DNA from: Pseudomonadota bacterium
GTDB taxonomy: Bacteria; Pseudomonadota; Alphaproteobacteria; Sphingomonadales; Sphingomonadaceae
DNA: 61,911 bases
Assembly (NCBI GenBank): GCA_039804965.1
Contig: JBDLVD010000001.1
Coordinates: 1-61,911 of the forward strand
Direction: 5' to 3'
Of the stretch, positions 55,729 to 61,911 are shown in pieces. Each line of letters opens with the position of its first letter. The first letter of the stretch is position 1. A program made the position numbers and the translations under genes. The notes under the pieces are model-generated. The model had not been told where the DNA came from, searched no databases, and saw only the letters and a program-made list of their open reading frames with translations.

Positions 55729-58053
55729 ATGGCTTTCTGGCTCGCCTCCCGCCGCAACGGGCAGGACAGCGATTACATCCAGCGGTTCGATCCGCGTTTC
55801 TGGACGGTGAACTTCCCCCGCCCGGCAATGGCCTGCGCCGTAACGCAAGGAGCGGCCGGGCTGCGCGTGGAACTGGAATTCCACCACCGGAACGAACTGG
55901 CCGGCCTGATCTGGACCAGTGAAGACCGGGACGATCACCCGTTGCTCGCCTATCAGACCGACCTTGACTATGCCCGCACCACATTGCGGTTCCATTGGGC
56001 GAGCGGCGGGATCGTCGCGCTCGATGCCGTTAACGGGCCAACCCTGACCATCGAAGGACGCGATGCCGTTGGGCAGCCGCGCAGCTGGTACGTGCGCCTG
56101 TGGAACTATGCCACCGGCACACCACAGGATGCCGAAATCGTGCTGCCGTTTTCCGCCCTTTCTGGCGGATGGTCCATCACTGGCTCGCCCGATCCGGTCC
56201 ATCCCGGGGCCATCGACCGGATGTTCATTTCGCTTGCCCCCCAAGGTTACGATCCCGCGTCAACGGCAGCGCTTCCCGCCCGGGTCGATGGCTGGGTGGA
56301 ACTGAGCGGGATCACCTGCACCGGCGATCGTCCCATGCTGCCAATCGGGGACGTGATGGTGCCGCCGCATGGGTTGGGAATGGCCACCGCTTATGACGAC
56401 AGCTACCATCTGACCCCTGCTCGCTTGCTGCGGAACCTGCGTGGGCTGGGTTACCGCGATGCGGTGGTGCATTATCTTGGCATGAGCCATTTTTACCGGC
56501 TCGCGCCCACTGGCCCTGCCGCCGCACTGCAAGCGACGGCGCAAATCTGCGGACCGGCACGGCTGTGGCATCAATCATGGCTGGGCCTGTGCAAGGCGCA
56601 GGGATACCGCCCGATCCTGTCGCTATCGTTCGAACTGCTCGCGCAGCACTGCCCGGCGCCGTGGGGCCAGCGGTTCGCCGATGGATCACCCGCGCTGACA
56701 GGCTGGGTGCCGCCGTCCACGCTGCTTTCACCGGCGAACGGTGCGGCGATGGCGTTCCTGAAAGACATCGCGGCCCAGTTCACCGCGCTGATGCTGGAGG
56801 CTGCCCTGCCGGTGGCTTTCCAGATTGGGGAGCCGTGGTGGTGGACCGACCAGACCGGGCGCATTGCCCTGTACGATGATGCAGCGCGCGCGGCGCTTGG
56901 TGGCAATCCTCCGATCATCGCCGATATGCATGGCCCTCTGGATGCAGTGCGGCTGGCCGTGCTGGATGCCGCCGGGGCCTTGCTTGCATCGGCCACGGCG
57001 GCCCTGCGTGACGCAATCATCACAGCGGCAAGCGGGCAGGCGCAAGTGATGCTGCTGGTGTTCACGCCAACCGTGCTGGACCCGGCCATGCCCGAACTGC
57101 GACGCGCCAACTTGCCAACGGACTGGGCCTGGCCCGCTTATCACCGGCTGCAACTGGAAGATTACGACTGGCTGACCGGCGGGCAGCAAGCCTTGCGCGC
57201 AGCAGCCTACGCCACCGTCCAGCAACGGCTGTCCTATCCGCTCGCCGCGCAGGACTATCTCGCCGGCTTTGTCCTGAACGGCACGGACAGGCAGGCGCAC
57301 TGGCCGCTGATAGACGCCGGGATTGCCGAGGCTGCCGCGCGCGGCGTGGACCGCCTGTTTGTCTGGGCGCTGCCGCAGGTCTGCCGCGATGGATACACCC
57401 GCCTGCCCAACACCGGGGAACCGATCATGCAAGCTTTCGACGAGGTGCTCTATCCGCTGGCGCTGGGGCGCGATGCAGGGGTGAGCGCAGAATTTTCCAC
57501 CGCCATCGCCATCACGGCATCGGGATTCGAACGGCGCAACAGCCAGTGGAACGATGCCCGACTGCATTTCGATGTCGGCCCCGGGGTGCGCTCCGAACTG
57601 GAGCTGGCCACGCTGATCGCGTTCTTTCGCGCCCGGCGGGGTGCCGCGTTCGGCTTTCGCCTGCGCGATCCGTTCGATTTCAGTTCGCATCAGATGATCG
57701 GCACGCCGCAAGCGAGCGACCAGCTGATCGGCACCGGTGATGGCGCCACCGCGCGTTTCCGTCTGTGCAAGTGGTATGACGGCCCGCAACCGCAGGCGCG
57801 CTTCATTACCCGGCCCCGGCCAGCCAGCGTGGTGGTGGCGGTAGGCAACCAACAGACCACTGCCTTCACCTTGCAGCCGGGCGGCTGGATCCAGTTGCAG
57901 CAGGCCCCTCCGGTTGGGTCAGAAGTGCGCGCCGGGTTCCTGTTCGACGTGCCAGTGCGCTTCGCCACTGATCGGCTGGACGTCAACGGCACCAACTTTG
58001 CCGCAGGCGAAGCGCCTTCCGTTCCGCTGGTCGAAGTGAAGGAAGCGGCATGA
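55729..58053 (+). CDS. DUF2460/TIGR02217 distal tail protein with ~566-aa N-terminal extension
   Basis: C-terminal MQAFDEVLYP..SGFERRN..W, FF.ARRG...GFR.RDP.D, AGFLFDVPVRF.TD.L; long extra N-terminal region. Confidence 0.85.
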   Translation: MAFWLASRRNGQDSDYIQRFDPRFWTVNFPRPAMACAVTQGAAGLRVELEFHHRNELAGLIWTSEDRDDHPLLAYQTDLDYARTTLRFHWASGGIVALDAVNGPTLTIEGRDAVGQPRSWYVRLWNYATGTPQDAEIVLPFSALSGGWSITGSPDPVHPGAIDRMFISLAPQGYDPASTAALPARVDGWVELSGITCTGDRPMLPIGDVMVPPHGLGMATAYDDSYHLTPARLLRNLRGLGYRDAVVHYLGMSHFYRLAPTGPAAALQATAQICGPARLWHQSWLGLCKAQGYRPILSLSFELLAQHCPAPWGQRFADGSPALTGWVPPSTLLSPANGAAMAFLKDIAAQFTALMLEAALPVAFQIGEPWWWTDQTGRIALYDDAARAALGGNPPIIADMHGPLDAVRLAVLDAAGALLASATAALRDAIITAASGQAQVMLLVFTPTVLDPAMPELRRANLPTDWAWPAYHRLQLEDYDWLTGGQQALRAAAYATVQQRLSYPLAAQDYLAGFVLNGTDRQAHWPLIDAGIAEAAARGVDRLFVWALPQVCRDGYTRLPNTGEPIMQAFDEVLYPLALGRDAGVSAEFSTAIAITASGFERRNSQWNDARLHFDVGPGVRSELELATLIAFFRARRGAAFGFRLRDPFDFSSHQMIGTPQASDQLIGTGDGATARFRLCKWYDGPQPQARFITRPRPASVVVAVGNQQTTAFTLQPGGWIQLQQAPPVGSEVRAGFLFDVPVRFATDRLDVNGTNFAAGEAPSVPLVEVKEAA

Positions 58054-58871
58054 GCCGTGTGTTCATGGCCACCGAAGTGGAAGGCGTCGCCAGCTGGTGG
58101 CGCATCCATCGCAAGGACGGCGTCACTATCGGTCTGACCAGCCACGACCGCGATCTGTGGTTCGACGGCGTCCTTCACCGCACAACGCCGGGCATGGTCC
58201 CCAGTGCCATCCGCCGCACCGCAGACCTCGGTTCCGACAGTGCCGAGGTAAGCGGCGCACTGGCACACGACAGTATTTCTGCCGTCGATCTTGCCAATGG
58301 CCGTTTCGACGGCGCGCGGGTGGAGGTCGGCGTGGTCGATTGGGAGACGCTCGAGCGCGCACCGCTCTACACCGGGGAAATTGGCGACGTCACGCAGGAA
58401 GCAGGGACGTTCGGGGCCGAACTCATATCGGCGAAAGCCCTGCTGGATGTCGATCTCGTGCCCCGCACCAGCCCGACCTGTCGGGCCCAATTCTGCGGCC
58501 CCAGCTGCAATCTTGCACCGGTATCTTTCACGCACGAGGCAGTTGTCAGCGCAATCGATGCCGATGCATCGCAGATCACGGTGCCAGACGGACCGACTGC
58601 CCAAAGCCTCGCCGGCGGCTTCGTCCGCTGGATCGACGGGCCGCAAGCCGGTGTCATCATGCAAGTCGTGGCGGCTGATGGGGGCGACATCGTCACCGAC
58701 ATGCCCCTCGACGCAAATACCCCACCCGGCGCACGCATCCTGATCCGCGAAGGGTGCGATCACACGCTGCACACCTGCGCGACGCGGTTCGCCAATGCCG
58801 CAAACTTTCAGGGTGAGCCTTTCCTTCCCGGCAACGATCTGATCACCCGTTATCCCACCAGTTCGTCATGA
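58050..58871 (+). CDS. Baseplate hub protein (DUF2163, GTA g13)
   Basis: W.I.R.DG...G.T.HD, C.A.F....C, GCD....TC..RF.N..NF.GEP.LPG.D. Confidence 0.9.
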   Translation: MSRVFMATEVEGVASWWRIHRKDGVTIGLTSHDRDLWFDGVLHRTTPGMVPSAIRRTADLGSDSAEVSGALAHDSISAVDLANGRFDGARVEVGVVDWETLERAPLYTGEIGDVTQEAGTFGAELISAKALLDVDLVPRTSPTCRAQFCGPSCNLAPVSFTHEAVVSAIDADASQITVPDGPTAQSLAGGFVRWIDGPQAGVIMQVVAADGGDIVTDMPLDANTPPGARILIREGCDHTLHTCATRFANAANFQGEPFLPGNDLITRYPTSSS

Positions 58872-59272
58872 TCGAACACCGCAGCCAACTGGCGCGCGCG
58901 GCCGAAGCATTTGTCGGCGTGCCGTTTCGGTTCGGCGGCCGGGAACCGGCGACGGGGCTGGATTGTGTCGGGCTGGTCCTCGCCGCACTCAAGGCCATTG
59001 GCCGCACGATCCCCGACGTTCCGTCGTATCGCCTGCGGCAAACCTCGATCGATCGTTTCCTGCCGTTGCTGCCCGAATGCGGCTTCACGGAGATTGCCGG
59101 CGATTGGCAACCGGGGGACGTGGTGCTGGTAGCCCCCGGCCCGGCCCAACACCACCTGCTGGTTCGCGGATCAGGCCCCTTCGCCATTCATGCCCATGCC
59201 GGTCTCCGGCGCATCAGCATGACCCCTACGCCTCTTCCATGGCCGACTCTGCGCAATTGGCGAATTTTCTGA
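58868..59272 (+). CDS. NlpC/P60 cell-wall peptidase (GTA g14)
   Basis: A..FVGVPF..GGR...GLDCVGL, PGDV, HL, IHA. Confidence 0.88.
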   Translation: MIEHRSQLARAAEAFVGVPFRFGGREPATGLDCVGLVLAALKAIGRTIPDVPSYRLRQTSIDRFLPLLPECGFTEIAGDWQPGDVVLVAPGPAQHHLLVRGSGPFAIHAHAGLRRISMTPTPLPWPTLRNWRIF

Positions 59273-59287
59273 ATAAGGCGAACCATT

Positions 59288-61477
59288 ATGGCTACATTGG
59301 TACTGACCGCTGTTGGCACCGCCTTGGGTGGGCCGCTGGGCGGCGCGATCGGATCGCTGGTCGGCAATCAACTGGACCACGCCCTGATCGGCAATGGGCA
59401 ACGGCAGGGTGCGCGGCTGAAGGAACTGGCAATCACCACGTCCAGTTACGGCACGCCGATACCCCGCCATTTCGGCAAGATGCGCGTCGCCGGATCCATC
59501 ATCTGGGCAACGGACATCCGAGAAGCGAGTGAACGCACAGGGGGCGGCAAGGGGCGGCCTGCAACCACCAGTTTCAGCTATTCCGCCTCGTTCGCCGTGG
59601 CTTTGTCGAGCAGGCCAATCAGCGGGCTGGGACGCATCTGGGCCGATGGCAACCTGCTGCGCGGCGCGGCGGGTGATCTGAAAACAGGCGGCGAGCTGCG
59701 TATCTATCACGGACACGGCGATCAGCCGGTCGATCCGCTGATCGCATCGGATCAGGGCTTGGCCTGTCCGGCGTTCCGCGGGCTGGCCTATTGCGTGTTC
59801 GAAGGGTTGCAGCTGGCTGATTTCGGCAATCGTATCCCTGCGCTGACGTTTGAAATCATCGCCGGGGATGGCGCCGTCACCCTCGCCGAAGTGCTCGAGC
59901 CGCTGGATCGAAGCGTTTCTGCCGACCGGCCGCTGACCGGGCTGGCCGGTTACAGCGATGCAGGCGGCCCGCTGTCGGCCACGCTCGCCACCCTTGCCGA
60001 TTTATACCCCTTTGGTTGCGATTGCATGGGCGACGGCCTCACCTTGTTCGCAACCGACGCAACACCCGAAGGTGTGCTGCCGACATTGTCCGAACCTGCC
60101 ATTGACCCCGCCAATGACGGGTTTGGCGCGGGAACCGGGCAAAGTGGCAGACGCGCAGCTGACCAGAGCCGCATCCCTGAAGGTCTGCGCTATTACGACC
60201 GGGATCGCGACTATCAGGCGGGCATGCAGCGCGCTGATGGCCGCGCGCGCGCAGGTCGGGGCGGAGTGCTGGAGTTTCCCGGGACGCTGGCGGCGCAGGA
60301 TGCGCGGGATCTCGCCAATGCCGCAGCGGAACGGGCCGGCTGGTCACGCGACACCATGTCATGGCGCATCGCCGCGCTTGATCCAGCGCTGAAACCGGGA
60401 AGCGTGGTGCGTCTTCCGGGCAAGACCGGCCAATGGCGGATCGAAACATGGGAATGGCGCGAAAGCGGCATCGAACTGGAACTACGCCGCCTTCCGCACG
60501 GCCCGGCCCGGAGCACCGCAGCCGATGCGGGGCAGGTGCTGGCAGCCAGTGATGCAGTCGTCACGCCAACGCTCATCACGGCCTTCGGCTTGCCGTGGGA
60601 CGGCGCAGGATCGCGGGACAACGCGCCGATCTATCTCGCGGCATCCTCGGCAACGGCGGGCTGGACAGGAGCGGCGCTGTTTGCGGTCGACCCGCTGGGC
60701 GCGCTCAATCCAGTGGGCGCCAGCGGATCGCACCGGAGCATTCTGGGCACAACCCGCACCGTCCTCGCGCCCGGCAGCATCCACATGCTCGATAGCGTGG
60801 CAAGCGTGGAAGTGGATCTGGTTGCTCCAGACCTGTTGCTGGGAGATGCCACCGCAGAACAGCTAGCGATGGGCGCCAATCGCGCCTTGGTGGGGGGCGA
60901 GCTGTGCCAATTTGCCCGTGCGCAGCGGCTTGACGCAGGCCGCTGGAAACTGTCCGGTTTGCTGCGCGGACGCGGCGGGACTGAAGGCGCAGCGCTGCTG
61001 GCCCATGCTGCGGGAACTGCATTCGTCCTGCTGGACGGCACCGCTGTTGCCATCGACGCCGCCCGCGTCCCGCAGCCGGAAACCATTGCTGCCATTGGTC
61101 TTGCGGATTCCCAGCCGGTCATCGCCGTGGTCATAAATCCCCGCATCGGCACCGTTCCGCTGTGCCCCGTCCACGGCCAGTTTATCATCAACGCCGATGG
61201 ATCAATGGTGCTGGTCTGGTGCCGCCGGGCGCGCGGCGGCTGGGCATGGCAGGACCACGTCGACACCCCGCTGAACGAAGAAGGCGAGAAATATCTCGTC
61301 GGCGTCGGCCAGACAGACAGTCCCGTATTCTGGCGCGAAGTCACGCAACCGGGCCTGACACTGCTTCCCGCGGAACGTGCCGCACTGGCCGCCAACCACC
61401 CGGGTGCGCCGGTGTGGGTGCGCCAGATCGGCAACCAGGCCGCGTCCATCCCTTTGCTTCTTGGCACCATCGCCTGA
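59288..61477 (+). CDS. Megatron/central tail-tip protein (GTA g15-like, 729 aa)
   Basis: MATLVL..VG...GGP.G, YG..IP..FG.MRVAG.IIWA, RIWADG, PAFRGLAY.VFE.L.L.DFGNRIP, LLRGRGGTE, W.RR.R. Confidence 0.88.
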   Translation: MATLVLTAVGTALGGPLGGAIGSLVGNQLDHALIGNGQRQGARLKELAITTSSYGTPIPRHFGKMRVAGSIIWATDIREASERTGGGKGRPATTSFSYSASFAVALSSRPISGLGRIWADGNLLRGAAGDLKTGGELRIYHGHGDQPVDPLIASDQGLACPAFRGLAYCVFEGLQLADFGNRIPALTFEIIAGDGAVTLAEVLEPLDRSVSADRPLTGLAGYSDAGGPLSATLATLADLYPFGCDCMGDGLTLFATDATPEGVLPTLSEPAIDPANDGFGAGTGQSGRRAADQSRIPEGLRYYDRDRDYQAGMQRADGRARAGRGGVLEFPGTLAAQDARDLANAAAERAGWSRDTMSWRIAALDPALKPGSVVRLPGKTGQWRIETWEWRESGIELELRRLPHGPARSTAADAGQVLAASDAVVTPTLITAFGLPWDGAGSRDNAPIYLAASSATAGWTGAALFAVDPLGALNPVGASGSHRSILGTTRTVLAPGSIHMLDSVASVEVDLVAPDLLLGDATAEQLAMGANRALVGGELCQFARAQRLDAGRWKLSGLLRGRGGTEGAALLAHAAGTAFVLLDGTAVAIDAARVPQPETIAAIGLADSQPVIAVVINPRIGTVPLCPVHGQFIINADGSMVLVWCRRARGGWAWQDHVDTPLNEEGEKYLVGVGQTDSPVFWREVTQPGLTLLPAERAALAANHPGAPVWVRQIGNQAASIPLLLGTIA

Positions 61478-61493
61478 CCTGAAAGAGATAGCC

Positions 61494-61911
61494 ATGACTG
61501 ATCCGGTAACGTTCGCTTCCACCAGCGCGCGCTTCGCGCTTCCGCTGCTTTTTTCCGGGCAAGCCCAAAAGGAATTTTACGTCAATCAGGCGCACGCCAT
61601 CATCGATGCGCTGCTACATCCGGTGGTGGAAGGGACGGCCGACGCGCCGCCTGTAAACCCGGTTGCGGGCGAGGCATGGCTGGTCGGGACCGCGCCTTCG
61701 GGCGCATGGGCGGGGCATGCGGGCAAGCTGGCAGCCTTTCAGTCCGGCACCTGGATTTTTGCCGCTCCGCGCGATGGGATGCGGATATTCGACCGGGCGG
61801 CCGGGCAGGATGCGCGCTATGAAAACGGCTGGCTGAAAGCGGCGCGCCCGGCCGCCCCCGCAGGCGGAGCAACGGTCGATACGCAAGCCCGTACCGCGAT
61901 CACAGATCGGA
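61494..61911 (+). CDS. DUF2793 tail-fibre-like protein (3'-truncated by window; absent from ORF track)
   Basis: Manual translation MTDPVTFASTSARFALPLLFSGQAQKEFYVNQAHAIIDALL...GEAWLVG..PSGAWAGH; GAGA RBS. Confidence 0.85.
   Translation, partial: MTDPVTFASTSARFALPLLFSGQAQKEFYVNQAHAIIDALLHPVVEGTADAPPVNPVAGEAWLVGTAPSGAWAGHAGKLAAFQSGTWIFAAPRDGMRIFDRAAGQDARYENGWLKAARPAAPAGGATVDTQARTAITDR

Larger units (their letters stand above)
48073..61911 (+). mobile_element. RcGTA-like gene transfer agent head-tail gene cluster (runs off window)
   Basis: Co-oriented, translationally coupled terS-terL-portal-protease-MCP-adaptor-tail terminator-tube-chaperones-short TMP-DUF2460-DUF2163-NlpC/P60-megatron-DUF2793; no integrase, replication or immunity genes at the visible left end. 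Confidence 0.92.

Noticed and set aside
48073-61911. Active temperate prophage
   Set aside because: No integrase, att/tRNA, repressor or replication genes at the visible end; the very short TMP and gene set match GTAs (right end not visible)

Overview
GC-rich alphaproteobacterial chromosome segment, most likely Sphingomonadales (Novosphingobium/Erythrobacter-like). This assignment rests on an acp-spt sphingolipid pair, ctrA/divK, a SuhB-like sRNA and gene order. Positions 1-48 kb are mostly housekeeping genes (groEL 3' part, polA, CDC48-type AAA ATPase, scoAB with a frameshifted scoB, metK, lnt, prmC-prfA-hisS, ppa, lptB-rpoN, ctrA, trmB, maeB, gluQ, mutS, dksA, divK, acp-spt). From 48073 to the window end lies an intact, integrase-free RcGTA-like gene transfer agent head-tail cluster with unusual features: a 774-aa distal-tail fusion protein with a probable internal start, a short megatron, a 55-aa ORF in the stopper position, an intrinsic terminator just before the capsid gene and a large RNA structure just after it. 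Non-coding signals include a SuhB-like sRNA, tandem FNR/FixK boxes, PhaR-like motifs, a palindromic sigma54 site, an EcfG promoter and several CtrA boxes. All calls come from reading the sequence and recalled family motifs; no searches were run.
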